Below are positions 1 to 9,462 of a stretch of 64,000 nucleotides of DNA, piece after piece. Within the stretch, counting starts at the first letter, position 1, and each line of letters opens with the position of its first letter. Under the pieces are notes generated by a model. The model made no database searches and was not told the origin of the DNA. It saw nothing but the letters and a program-made list of their open reading frames with translations. Position numbers and translations under genes: made by a program. Source of the stretch: Planctomycetota bacterium (lineage in GTDB: Bacteria; Planctomycetota; B15-G4; JADJEK01); NCBI GenBank assembly GCA_044225365.1, contig JBGAIQ010000015.1:65449-129448 (forward strand), in the 5' to 3' direction.

Positions 1-408
1 GTAACGCAGCGGCATCATCTCACCGCGATCGGCCGGTCTCTCGGACTCATCGCCGCGGTTCAGTTCTTCGTGGGCGACGTCGCTGGACTCGTGGCGGTGG
101 GCGTGGAAGTCATGCGGCGACTCACCGAGAACGGTTACAGCCGCGATCAGGAGAGCGATGCCGATCGGCAAGGCGTCGCACTGCTCGAAAGGAGCGGCAT
201 CGATCCGCTCGCGCTCGAACGCGCACTCGAGAAGATGGCGAAGGCGGCGGGATCGACGCCCGAAGCACTGAAGTGGCTCTCCACTCATCCCGCGGATGAA
301 GCGCGAAGGGCCGCGATCCGCGAAGCGGCGGAGCAGGAGTCCGGCGGGCGACGCATGCGATTCGAGCCGCTCGGGATCGATTGGAATCGCGTGAAGCAGT
401 CGCTGTGA
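1..408 (+). CDS. M48 family metallopeptidase, C-terminal part (5' truncated by window edge)
   Basis: Frame open from base 1 (VTQRHH..., the segment that follows HExxH); motifs YSRDQESDAD and WLSTHP. Confidence 0.8.
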   Translation, partial: VTQRHHLTAIGRSLGLIAAVQFFVGDVAGLVAVGVEVMRRLTENGYSRDQESDADRQGVALLERSGIDPLALERALEKMAKAAGSTPEALKWLSTHPADEARRAAIREAAEQESGGRRMRFEPLGIDWNRVKQSL

Positions 409-493
409 CCGCGCTCGACCGGGCGATGGAGAATGCAAACTCCAGTCTCTACAGTCGCGCCCACCTCGAACTCGTTGCTCTCAGGAATCGGAC

Positions 494-1156
494 ATGGAAG
501 TCGAGATTCGCGAACGCCCGTCGTTCGGCCATCTGCGCGTGAAGCTTGCGTCAGGAGAGTCGATCCTCGCCGAGTCCGGAGCGATGGCGAGCATGACGAA
601 GGACATCTCCTTCAAGCCGCGGCTCAACGGCGGCTTCCTGAAGGGTCTCGCGCGCAAGGTGTTCGCCGGCGAAACGATGTTCATCAATGAGTTCACGTCG
701 AACGCGTCGGGCGGCGGCGAGCTGATCCTCACGCAGCCGTGGCCGGGTGACGTCGACGTGATGACGCTCGACGGCACCGAGATCTACCTCCAACCCGGCG
801 CGTTCCTCGCGTGCGAGCCGAGCGTGAACATGGAGCTCTCCTTCGCGGGATTCTCCAGCATGATCGCGCGGGAGGGGCTCTTCCGCATGAAGCTCTCCGG
901 CCGCGGCAAGGTGTGGTTCGGCGCGATCGGTGGAATCATGGTCCGCCAGATCACGGATGAACTGGTCGTCGACTCCGGCCATCTCGTCGCATACGACCCG
1001 AGCGTGAACCTCTCACTCGGGTTGCCCGGCGGCATCTTTTCGAGCTTCTTCGGCGGCGAGGGCGTGATCGCGAGGGTACGTGGCCCCGGGCGCATCTGGT
1101 TGCAGTCACGCACGCTCGATTCCATCGCGGACTGGACCAATGGCTACTTGTTCTGA
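494..1156 (+). CDS. AIM24/TIGR00266 family protein
   Basis: AESGAM, GETMFIN and VVDSGHLVA motifs; paralogous to the next two genes. Confidence 0.9.
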   Translation: MEVEIRERPSFGHLRVKLASGESILAESGAMASMTKDISFKPRLNGGFLKGLARKVFAGETMFINEFTSNASGGGELILTQPWPGDVDVMTLDGTEIYLQPGAFLACEPSVNMELSFAGFSSMIAREGLFRMKLSGRGKVWFGAIGGIMVRQITDELVVDSGHLVAYDPSVNLSLGLPGGIFSSFFGGEGVIARVRGPGRIWLQSRTLDSIADWTNGYLF

Positions 1157-1165
1157 GGTGGGACG

Positions 1166-1852
1166 ATGAAGATCGAGATTCTCGAACGTCCCGCCTTCTC
1201 GGCAGCGAAGATCACGCTCGCTTTGGGTGAAGAAGTGACGGCCGAGTCCGGCGCGATGATCGCGATGTCGGCCGGGATCGACGTCGAGACGCGTGCGAGC
1301 AAGAAGGGCGGCGGCGGGATGCTGGCGGGACTGCGGCGCATGTTCGCGGGCGAGAACTTCTTCTTGAACCACTTCACCGCGCGCAAGGACGGCGAGAGCG
1401 TCCTCCTCGGACCATCGCTCGTCGGCGACATCCTGCATCATCCCCTCGCGAGCGGAAACCTCATCGTCCAGGGGACGAGCTGGCTCGCATCGTCCGAGGG
1501 AGTGAACATCGACGCGACGTGGCAAGGCTTCACGAGCGCGTTGTTCTCCGGTGAGAGCGTGTTCTGGGTGAAGTGTTCCGGGCAGGGCGACGTGCTGCTC
1601 TCCAGCTTCGGCGCGATCTACGAGATCCAGGTCGACGGCGAGTACGTCGTCGACACCGGTCACATCGTCGCGTTCGAGGACACGCTCCAGTTCGAGGTCG
1701 GCAAGTCGGCCGCGACGTGGCTGCAGAGCTTCCTCGGCGGCGAGGGCATCGCGTGCCGTTTTCGTGGCGTAGGACGCCTGTGGTGTCAGAGTCACAATCC
1801 GCCGGCCTTCGGCGGTGAACTCGGCCCGATGCTGAAACCGGTGCGGCGATGA
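1166..1852 (+). CDS. AIM24/TIGR00266 family protein
   Basis: AESGAM, GENFFLN, YVVDTGHIVAF and GGEG motifs; GAGG RBS upstream. Confidence 0.9.
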   Translation: MKIEILERPAFSAAKITLALGEEVTAESGAMIAMSAGIDVETRASKKGGGGMLAGLRRMFAGENFFLNHFTARKDGESVLLGPSLVGDILHHPLASGNLIVQGTSWLASSEGVNIDATWQGFTSALFSGESVFWVKCSGQGDVLLSSFGAIYEIQVDGEYVVDTGHIVAFEDTLQFEVGKSAATWLQSFLGGEGIACRFRGVGRLWCQSHNPPAFGGELGPMLKPVRR

Positions 1853-2556
1853 ACTACGAGATCCTCGAACGACCCGAATACTCGATCCTCGTGATGAAGC
1901 TCGCAGCCGGCGAGAAGGCCTACGCCGAGCCCGGAGCGATGGCATGGATGTCGCCGTCGATCGAGATGAAGACCGGCTTCGCTGGCGGTTTCAAGAAGAC
2001 GCTCGGTCGTGCGTTCGGCGGTGAGAGCGTGCTCGTGAACACGTTCGCCGCGCGCTCCGATTCCGAGCTCGCGATCGCCGCCGGACAACCGGGCGACACC
2101 GTTTGCTATCCGCTCGACGGCGGGCTCGATCTCTATCTGCAGCGCGGCGCCTATCTCGCGAACGGCGACGGCGTGACGGTGACGGGAAGCTGGCAGGGCG
2201 CGCGCGGGTTCTTCGGTGGCAACGGGCTCGTGATGCTGAAGGCATCGGGACGAGGCAACCTGTTCTTCCAGACGTACGGCGCCGTGCTCGAGATCGACGT
2301 GCGCGACGAGTACCTCGTGGACAGCGGATACATCGCGGCGTTCGAGAGTTCCCTCGAGTACCGAGTGACGACGATGCCGGGGCTCACCACGGGCGGTCGT
2401 GTGAAGACGTTCCTCTTCGGCGGCGAGGCGCTCGTCACGCGATTCATGGGCCGGGGCAAGCTCTGGGTGCAGACGCGGTCCGTGCGGCCCTGGCTCTCAT
2501 GGGTCCAGCAATTCCGACCGGTGCAACGTTCGTCGAGCAGCGGCGGAGGCGACTGA
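1849..2556 (+). CDS. AIM24/TIGR00266 family protein
   Basis: AEPGAM, GGESVLVN, VDSGYIAAF; ATGA overlap with previous gene. Confidence 0.9.
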   Translation: MNYEILERPEYSILVMKLAAGEKAYAEPGAMAWMSPSIEMKTGFAGGFKKTLGRAFGGESVLVNTFAARSDSELAIAAGQPGDTVCYPLDGGLDLYLQRGAYLANGDGVTVTGSWQGARGFFGGNGLVMLKASGRGNLFFQTYGAVLEIDVRDEYLVDSGYIAAFESSLEYRVTTMPGLTTGGRVKTFLFGGEALVTRFMGRGKLWVQTRSVRPWLSWVQQFRPVQRSSSSGGGD

Positions 2557-3014
2557 TGGTCGATATCGAAGGCGCTCCCGAAAATCATCGGGTGCGTCAG
2601 CTTGCGGTGTTCCTCGCCAACCGCCTCGGCGCGCTACTCTCGCTGCATCGTGCGCTCGAAGGCGCGCAGATCCAGATCCTCGGACTCACGGTCGTCGATG
2701 CCGCGGATCACGCCGTCGCGCGACTCGTCGTCGATCAGCCTACGCTCGCCGCGCAGGCGCTCCGCGACGGCGGCTACGCGTTCGTCGAGACGGATCTGAT
2801 CGCGGTCGCGTTTCCGAGCTCGGTGGGAATCCGCCGCGTGCTCACCGCGATCCTCGTCGCCGAGGTCAACATCCACTATCTCTACGCGCTCTTCGCGCCG
2901 CTCGCCGACCGTGCGGTCCTGGTGCTGCATGTCGACGACCCCGCCTCCGCGGCGCAACTCCTCCTCCAACGCAGCATCGAGCTGGTCGACCAGAGCGCCT
3001 TCCGCCCGGCCTGA
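2556..3014 (+). CDS. Tandem ACT domain protein
   Basis: RQLAVFLANRLGAL...AEVNIHYLYA; TGATG coupling with upstream stop. Confidence 0.8.
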   Translation: MVDIEGAPENHRVRQLAVFLANRLGALLSLHRALEGAQIQILGLTVVDAADHAVARLVVDQPTLAAQALRDGGYAFVETDLIAVAFPSSVGIRRVLTAILVAEVNIHYLYALFAPLADRAVLVLHVDDPASAAQLLLQRSIELVDQSAFRPA

Positions 3015-3267
3015 CTCGCGGTACGGAATGTTTTTCCGCTCGCTGCGCGCGACGACGAAATCGTTGCGAGCCGATGGCGCGTCGTAGCTGCGGCGCTCTG
3101 CCACCGCGATCGTCGGAAGTCCTTGCCAAATGGGGGATCGAGAGTCTCTGAGGCCGTGCACGACTACCGGCTCCGGCGCACGGCGGAATCGGCAAGCGGC
3201 GTGCACTGGGCACTCCGTCCAGGACCTTCCCGTCTGCGGGAGATCGCACGATCTCCGGAGCATCTCC

Positions 3268-4683
3268 ATGTCCCTTGGAAGCAGCCTCACTCCGACGATC
3301 CCTGCCGAGAACGCCCCGTCGGCCTACGAATCGCTGAAGGCGTCGTACCTCGCCGCACAGGCTCGCTACGAGCGCCTCGAGGACCTCGTGCGGGCAGGAT
3401 CGCGCGACGCGATCCGTGTGGGACAGGAGAAGGGCGAACTGCCCGATCCCGGCCGCGTCTCGATCGTGATCCCGGTGTGGAATCAGGGCGATCTGACGAA
3501 GGCGTGCATCGCGTCCATTCGCACGCACACGGGTCTCGACCACGAGATCGTCCTGATCGACAACGGATCCGATGCGGCGACGAAAGAGATCCTCCTCGAG
3601 ATGCAGCGGGAGTCGACGCGCATTCGCGTGATCGAGAACGAACAGAACGAGGGCTTTGCTTTCGCATGCAATCAAGGGATCGCCGCGGCGAAGGGCGAAC
3701 ACATCGTGTTCCTCAACAACGACGTCGCCGTGACCGAGCGTTGGCTCACGCGGATGCTCGCGTTCTCCAGCCTCGACCGGCGCCTCGGTCTCGTCGGCCC
3801 ACGCTCGAACCGCGCCTCCGGTCCACAGCAGGTCGACGAACTCAAGTACGACGATCTGCAGGCGATGGAGCGGGTCGCCGCGCGCTACTGCACCCGACAT
3901 CAAGGTGACTACTCGCTCCAGACTCGACTCGTGGGTCTCTGCCTCCTCGTCACCCGCGACGTGATCGAGACGATCGGCGGGTTCGACCCGTGTTTCTTCC
4001 CCGGCAATCTCGAGGACGACGATTTCTGCCTGCGCGCGGTTCGCGCGGGATTCCAACCGGCGATCGTCGACGACGTCTTCGTCCATCACGCCCAGAGCGC
4101 GACGTTCAAGGGCGAGAAGATCGACTACGCGCGCACGCTGTTCGACAACTGGCGCTGGTTCTGCGACAAGCACGAGCACAGCGGTGAATACGGTCCGTAT
4201 CCCGCGCGGCATCTGGCGACGAAGCGAGCGTTCGAACACGATCTCGATTTCGTGCCGCCGCGGCACGACGATGTGTTCAAGAAGGGTCTCGAACCGCTCG
4301 CGCTCGAGGGCGCCCGTGGCCGTCGCATCCTGATGTTCGTCGACGCCGAGCGTGGAGCGTGGCAGGAGCGCCTCAAGGCGTTCCTCGCATCGCACGCGCC
4401 CGACTCGGACGTCTCCCTCGTCCTGCGCATCGAGCCGCCGCAGCGCGATCTCGTCGACGCCGTCGTCGCGCGCGTCACGGAGATCCTGAAGGCGACGGGC
4501 AAGCCGGATTCGCAGACTCCCGACGTGATGGCCGACATCACGCCGATCCCGTCCTCGCGCCGCGGCTCGCTCTACGCCGCCGCGCACGAGCTGTGGCTCA
4601 CGGGTTCGCCCCGCGACCGCGTGTATCGGCGCGAGGCCGAAGCCTGCGGGGTCCGGATCGGCTCGCCGAATGCGGGTGAATGA
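3268..4683 (+). CDS. Glycosyltransferase family 2 with C-terminal extension
   Basis: SIVIPVWN, IDNGS, GFAFACNQG, FLNND and EDDDFCLR motifs; GGAG RBS before ATG 3268. Confidence 0.85.
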   Translation: MSLGSSLTPTIPAENAPSAYESLKASYLAAQARYERLEDLVRAGSRDAIRVGQEKGELPDPGRVSIVIPVWNQGDLTKACIASIRTHTGLDHEIVLIDNGSDAATKEILLEMQRESTRIRVIENEQNEGFAFACNQGIAAAKGEHIVFLNNDVAVTERWLTRMLAFSSLDRRLGLVGPRSNRASGPQQVDELKYDDLQAMERVAARYCTRHQGDYSLQTRLVGLCLLVTRDVIETIGGFDPCFFPGNLEDDDFCLRAVRAGFQPAIVDDVFVHHAQSATFKGEKIDYARTLFDNWRWFCDKHEHSGEYGPYPARHLATKRAFEHDLDFVPPRHDDVFKKGLEPLALEGARGRRILMFVDAERGAWQERLKAFLASHAPDSDVSLVLRIEPPQRDLVDAVVARVTEILKATGKPDSQTPDVMADITPIPSSRRGSLYAAAHELWLTGSPRDRVYRREAEACGVRIGSPNAGE

Positions 4684-4761
4684 CCGGTTCGTGCGTGAGA
4701 CCTCGATCGCGGTCGCAAGGGCCGGAGATCGACGCGCGAAAGTAGAGTTCGCGCCCCTCGC

Positions 4762-5643
4762 TCAGAAGTAATCGTTCGTCCGCACGACCTCGCGCGCGTT
4801 CACCTTCGCGATGAACCGGCGTAGCTCGCTGCCGCTGCAGTGCTCGGAGTAGGGGACGAAGAACACGTTCTTCTTCTGCGGCTTTCCGGCCGTCCAGCCG
4901 GTCGGGAGGATCGCGATCGAGCCGTCGCCGACCGGATTCGCCGTCTCCGAGAAGTACCGCATGCCGTAGCCGTGGACGCGCGTTTCGCTGCGCTCGGTGG
5001 TCACGCAGTCGTTCATGCCGATGAGGTCGTAGATCCTGAAGTAGTCGCGGGACAGCGCGGTCTTGAGGCCCAGTCGATCGCGGATCGCCTGCACCACGCG
5101 GTTCTTGCCGATCCGATACACGCCGAGCTTGACGCGATGATCGGGGTGTTCGGTGATGAGTGCGAGGATGCGGTCGATCGCTTCGCTCTGCGGCGGATGC
5201 TCGTGCGTCGCGTGCTCGCCGGCAGCATCGCTGCCCTCGCCGTACGTCGTGTCGAGAAGGAGGAGATCGATCGAATCGAAGAGCTCAGGATGCGCGTCGT
5301 GCTCTTGCGAGTAGCGAAAGTCGCCGGTGTGCAGGATCTTCTTCCCATTCGCTTCGAAGAGAAACATCAACGCGCCGGGGCAGTGGTTCGCGTCGAACGC
5401 CGTCACGCGCACGCCGGCGTCGAGCGTCGCGCACTCGCCTGCGTCGAGCGTGCGGATCGACGTGGGAGGAACGCCGTGCAGGTTCTCGAGCAGGCGCGCG
5501 GTGAGCGAGGAGCAGAGCATGGGTCGCGAATCGCCCGACAGGAGGCCCTTGCGATGGTCGGCGTGGTAGTGGGTGAGGACGTAGAGTTGCGCGTCGCGAG
5601 TGCGGAAGTCGTCGACTTCGATGCTTGTGCCGGGGATCTTCAT
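4762..5643 (-). CDS. MBL-fold beta-CASP nuclease, SNM1/PSO2/Artemis (DRMBL)-like
   Basis: THYHADH, DANHCPGA, HTGDFR, LDTTY, PTGW and PYSEHCS motifs; ATGA overlap with upstream phosphatase. Confidence 0.8.
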   Translation of the reverse strand: MKIPGTSIEVDDFRTRDAQLYVLTHYHADHRKGLLSGDSRPMLCSSLTARLLENLHGVPPTSIRTLDAGECATLDAGVRVTAFDANHCPGALMFLFEANGKKILHTGDFRYSQEHDAHPELFDSIDLLLLDTTYGEGSDAAGEHATHEHPPQSEAIDRILALITEHPDHRVKLGVYRIGKNRVVQAIRDRLGLKTALSRDYFRIYDLIGMNDCVTTERSETRVHGYGMRYFSETANPVGDGSIAILPTGWTAGKPQKKNVFFVPYSEHCSGSELRRFIAKVNAREVVRTNDYF

Positions 5644-6212
5644 GGCGACGCTGCATCGCTCGCGCCGCCGCGTCGCCCCGCGATGTCCGCAATCAGAGCC
5701 TTCGCCGTGCGGTCGACCATGTCGAAGACGAGTTCGAAGTCCTCGCGCTCTCCCGTGTAGGGATCGGGGACGTCGCTGGAATTCGCCGTGCCGCCCGAGA
5801 GCTCGGGATCGAAGCTGCGGAACAACTCCACGCGCGCGCGCGAGGCGCCGCCGCGCGGTGCGAGCGTGCGGAGGTCCGAGAGGTTCGTTCGATCCATCGC
5901 GAGGATGAGGTCGAACTCGGAGAAGTCGGCGCGCCGCACCTGCCGCGCGCGCAGGTCGGAGATGTCGACGCCGCGCGCCCTCGCGGTGGCGATCGCCCTC
6001 CGATCCGGTGGCTCTCCGACGTGCCACGCTCCGGTGCCGGCAGAATCGTGAACGACGGAATCGACGAGTCCGGCCTTGCGCAATCGCTCGCGAAACGCGC
6101 CCTCCGCGAGCGGCGATCGACAGATGTTGCCGAGACACACGAAGAGAACGGCGAATCGGGCGTCGGATCCAGTCATTCTCTCGATCTCAGCAATTCCATC
6201 CGCCGTATCCAT
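5640..6212 (-). CDS. Low molecular weight protein-tyrosine phosphatase (start may be 6176)
   Basis: VCLGNICRSP P-loop and DVPDPY motif. Confidence 0.92.
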   Translation of the reverse strand: MDTADGIAEIERMTGSDARFAVLFVCLGNICRSPLAEGAFRERLRKAGLVDSVVHDSAGTGAWHVGEPPDRRAIATARARGVDISDLRARQVRRADFSEFDLILAMDRTNLSDLRTLAPRGGASRARVELFRSFDPELSGGTANSSDVPDPYTGEREDFELVFDMVDRTAKALIADIAGRRGGASDAASP

Positions 6213-6227
6213 CCACCAACCGCCGAC

Positions 6228-7289
6228 CTATCCGCCACGAGTGTGCATCTCGAGCCGCGGGTCGTCCTTGCGCTCGTCCTTCCATGCGCTCTCGCGCTTG
6301 TCGCGCAATGCGAGCTGCGCTTCGGCGCCGCGATCGTCGCGCGCGCTCCAGCGTTGCGAGAGGAGCTCGGCGATGGCGTGGCTCGACAGCCCTTGCCGCA
6401 GCGGCGTCTTGAGATCGAAGCCGTGACGCGCGTAGAGGCACGTGTACCAGGTGCCGTCGGCCGTCAGACGACTGCGGTCGCACGATGCGCAGAACGGCGC
6501 CGTCGTCGAAGCGATGATCCCGAACGTCTGACCGCTCGCGAGCGCGAAGCGCTCGGCGGGCGCGGCGGCCTCGATCTCGTCCTTCGCGGGAACGGGCGCG
6601 ACGGCGCCGAATCGCGCTTCGATGCGCGCGAGGAGATCGGCTCGCTTCACGACCTTCGACCACGACCAATCGATCGCGCCGGGCACATCCATGTACTCGA
6701 TGAAGCGGATCTCGCAGTCGCTCGCCCGAGCGTAGTCGAGGAGGTCGAAGAGCTCGGAGTCGTTCACACCCGCGATGAGCACCGTGTCGAGCTTGATGCC
6801 GGTGAATCCCGCACGCCGCGCGGCTTCGATCCCGGCCAGCACGCGCGGGAGTTCGTCGCGCTTCGAGATCGAAACGAAGCGCTCGTGCTGCAGGGTGTCG
6901 AGGCTCACGGTGAGGCGTTTCAGGCCCGCATGACGCAATTCACCGGCGAGGCCTTCGAGGAGCACGCCGTTCGTCGTCAGGGCCAGATCGCGCAGACCCG
7001 GCTTGCCAGCGAGGAGCGCGACGAGCGTCGGCAGCTCGCGTCGCAGCAGCGGCTCGCCCCCGGTCAGGCGGATCTTGTCGACACCTAGCACGAGGAAGCT
7101 GTCGACGAGCCTCGCGATCTCGTCGAACGTGAGGATGTCGGCCTTGGGCAGCCAGGAGTATTCCTCGTCCGGCATGCAGTAGGCGCAGCGCAGATTGCAC
7201 CGATCGGTGACGGACAGCCGCAGATTGCGGAGCGGTCGGCCGAGGGAATCGATGCGGTGCAAGTTCGTCCTCGAGAGTTCACGGTCCAA
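6228..7289 (-). CDS. moaA: GTP 3',8-cyclase MoaA (start uncertain)
   Basis: LRLSVTDRCNLRCAYCM, FCASCDRSRLTADG and C-terminal GG. Confidence 0.93.
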   Translation of the reverse strand: MDRELSRTNLHRIDSLGRPLRNLRLSVTDRCNLRCAYCMPDEEYSWLPKADILTFDEIARLVDSFLVLGVDKIRLTGGEPLLRRELPTLVALLAGKPGLRDLALTTNGVLLEGLAGELRHAGLKRLTVSLDTLQHERFVSISKRDELPRVLAGIEAARRAGFTGIKLDTVLIAGVNDSELFDLLDYARASDCEIRFIEYMDVPGAIDWSWSKVVKRADLLARIEARFGAVAPVPAKDEIEAAAPAERFALASGQTFGIIASTTAPFCASCDRSRLTADGTWYTCLYARHGFDLKTPLRQGLSSHAIAELLSQRWSARDDRGAEAQLALRDKRESAWKDERKDDPRLEMHTRGG

Positions 7290-7322
7290 GGGTCACGAGC
7301 CGATCGCCGGACGCAGCGTCTC

Positions 7323-7694
7323 TCACATGTCCATGCCGAGTTCGAGCATCGCCGTCTGCGACATCTTCTCCTTCGTCCATGGTGGATCGAAGGTGACGGC
7401 GACCTTCACTTCGTTCACGCCCTCGATCGCCTTCATCCGCTTCTCGACGTCGACCGGGATCTGTTCCGCGGAGGGACAGTTGGGCGACGTGAGCGTCATG
7501 ATGATGTTCACGTTCGATTCGGGTGAGACGTCGACGTCGTAGATGAGTCCGAGCTCGTAGACGTCGACGGGGATCTCGGGATCGTAGACCTTCTTGAGGC
7601 CCGTCACGATCAGGTCCTTCATCGCGTCGGTCAGGCCGCCGCCCTTGAAGTTGACGTGCCAGATGGAAGTCGAGTCAGTGTCCGCGGTCGACAT
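7323..7694 (-). CDS. sufT: SufT / DUF59 Fe-S assembly protein
   Basis: VYDPEIPVDVYELGLIY, MTLTSPNCP, FDPPW; suf operon context. Confidence 0.88.
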   Translation of the reverse strand: MSTADTDSTSIWHVNFKGGGLTDAMKDLIVTGLKKVYDPEIPVDVYELGLIYDVDVSPESNVNIIMTLTSPNCPSAEQIPVDVEKRMKAIEGVNEVKVAVTFDPPWTKEKMSQTAMLELGMDM

Positions 7695-7697
7695 CGT

Positions 7698-8147
7698 TCA
7701 CTCCGTGGATACCGGATCTTGTTGCTTCTCGATCGCGGCGATGAAGGTGTGCCAGGCGAGCGTCGCGCACTTGGCGCGGTTCGGGTAGTCGCGCACGCCG
7801 GAGAAGACGGCGAGCTTGCCGAGTGCGTCGACGTCGGGTTCGCTCGTGCCGGTGATGAGTTCGTGGAATCGCTCGAAGATGACGCGCGCTTCGTCGATCG
7901 TCTTGCCCTTCAGGGTCTGGGTGAGCAGCGAGGCCGACGACGTCGAGATCGCGCAACCCTTGCCCTCGAAGCAGACGTCCGCGACCTTTTCGTCCGCGCC
8001 GAGCGTGACGAAGATCTCGATCTGATCGCCGCAAAGCGGATTGAAGCCACGCGCATGATGCGGAGCGTCGTCCTTCCGCCGGAAGTTCCGCGGGTTCTTG
8101 CCGTGATCGAGGATGAGCTCTTGGTAGAGGTCGCGAAGATCGGACAT
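7698..8147 (-). CDS. sufU: SUF system NifU-family sulfur-transfer protein SufU
   Basis: LYQELILDH, NPLCGD, GCAIS, RAKCATLAW; overlaps sufS stop. Confidence 0.9.
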   Translation of the reverse strand: MSDLRDLYQELILDHGKNPRNFRRKDDAPHHARGFNPLCGDQIEIFVTLGADEKVADVCFEGKGCAISTSSASLLTQTLKGKTIDEARVIFERFHELITGTSEPDVDALGKLAVFSGVRDYPNRAKCATLAWHTFIAAIEKQQDPVSTE

Positions 8148-9454
8148 CAGCCGAATACCTCGTTCACCTTGAGGAGCGCCTTCACGAGGCGGTCGATGTC
8201 GTCCTTGCCGTTGTAGACGGCGAGCGAGGCGCGGGCGGTCGCGGGGACGCCGAAGCGCGCCATTACCGGCTGGGTGCAGTGATGCCCAGTGCGGATCGCC
8301 ACGCCCTCGCGATCGAGGATGGTGCCGATGTCGTGCGGGTGGACGTGATCGTGGACGAAGGCGAGGATCGACGCCTTGTGGGGAGCCGTGCCGATGAGCT
8401 TGATGTGGGGGATCTCGGCGAGAGCCGCCGTCCCGTAGCGCAGGATCTCCTGCTCGTGCGCGGCGATGTTCTCGATGCCGACGCTCTCCATCCAGTCGAT
8501 CGCCGCCGCCCAGCCGACGGGGCCCGCGATGTCGGGCGTGCCCGCTTCGAAGTAGTAGGGCAGCTTGTTGTAGACCGTCTTCTCGAGCGTGACCGAGAGG
8601 ATCATGTCGCCGCCGCCTTGCCAGGGCGGGAGCTTCTCGAGGATCGCACGCTTTCCGTACAGTGCGCCGATGCCGGTGGGACCGTAGGCCTTGTGGGCCG
8701 ACATCGCGTAGAAGTCGACGTCGAGCGCCTGCACGTCGATCTTGTTGTGCGAAGTCGCCTGCGCGCCGTCGACCAGCACGAGCGCGCCGACCGCGTGCGC
8801 CTTCTTCGTGATCTCGGCGATCGGATTGATCGTGCCGAGCGAATTCGATTGATGCACCACGCAGACGATCTTCGTCTTGCTCGAGAGCATCGGCTCGAAT
8901 TCGTCCATGAGCAACGCGCCGTTGTCGTCGATCGGCGCCACGCGCAGCGTCGCGCCCGTCGCTTGGCAGGCCATCTGCCACGGCACGATGTTGGAGTGAT
9001 GCTCCATGTGCGTGATGAGGACTTCATCGCCGGCTTTCAACCCGCGACCGAAGGTCTGCGCGACGAGATTGATCCCCTCGGTCGTGCCCCGAGTGAAGAT
9101 GATCTCCGCCTCTTCCTTGGCGTGGATCCACTTCGCGATGCGCTTGCGCGCGCCTTCGAAGGCCTGCGTCGCGCGGTTGCTGAGTTCGTGGACGCCGCGG
9201 TGGACGTTGGCGTTGTCGTGCTCGTAGTAGCGGGAGATTGCGTCGATCACCGCGCGCGGCTTCTGCGTCGTCGCCGCGTTGTCGAGGTAGACGAGCGGAT
9301 GGCCGTGGATGTCCTGATGCAGGATCGGGAACGCGCGCCGGATCTCCTCGAGATTCAGCGGCGCGGGTGCCGGGGGAACCGGGACGGCGCTCCGCTCGGC
9401 CGATGCGGCGTCCTTCGAATTGGCGGTCTTCTTCACTCTCTTGATCGCGGCCAT
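8147..9454 (-). CDS. sufS: Cysteine desulfurase SufS
   Basis: YLDNAATTQKP, SAHKAYGPTG and RTGHHCTQP motifs. Confidence 0.93.
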   Translation of the reverse strand: MAAIKRVKKTANSKDAASAERSAVPVPPAPAPLNLEEIRRAFPILHQDIHGHPLVYLDNAATTQKPRAVIDAISRYYEHDNANVHRGVHELSNRATQAFEGARKRIAKWIHAKEEAEIIFTRGTTEGINLVAQTFGRGLKAGDEVLITHMEHHSNIVPWQMACQATGATLRVAPIDDNGALLMDEFEPMLSSKTKIVCVVHQSNSLGTINPIAEITKKAHAVGALVLVDGAQATSHNKIDVQALDVDFYAMSAHKAYGPTGIGALYGKRAILEKLPPWQGGGDMILSVTLEKTVYNKLPYYFEAGTPDIAGPVGWAAAIDWMESVGIENIAAHEQEILRYGTAALAEIPHIKLIGTAPHKASILAFVHDHVHPHDIGTILDREGVAIRTGHHCTQPVMARFGVPATARASLAVYNGKDDIDRLVKALLKVNEVFG

Positions 9455-9462
9455 GGTTCGAT

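Noticed and set aside
9360-9454. SufS N-terminal extension as an encapsulin cargo-loading peptide
   Set aside because: Only ~30 aa, the gene sits in a canonical suf operon, and no encapsulin is nearby
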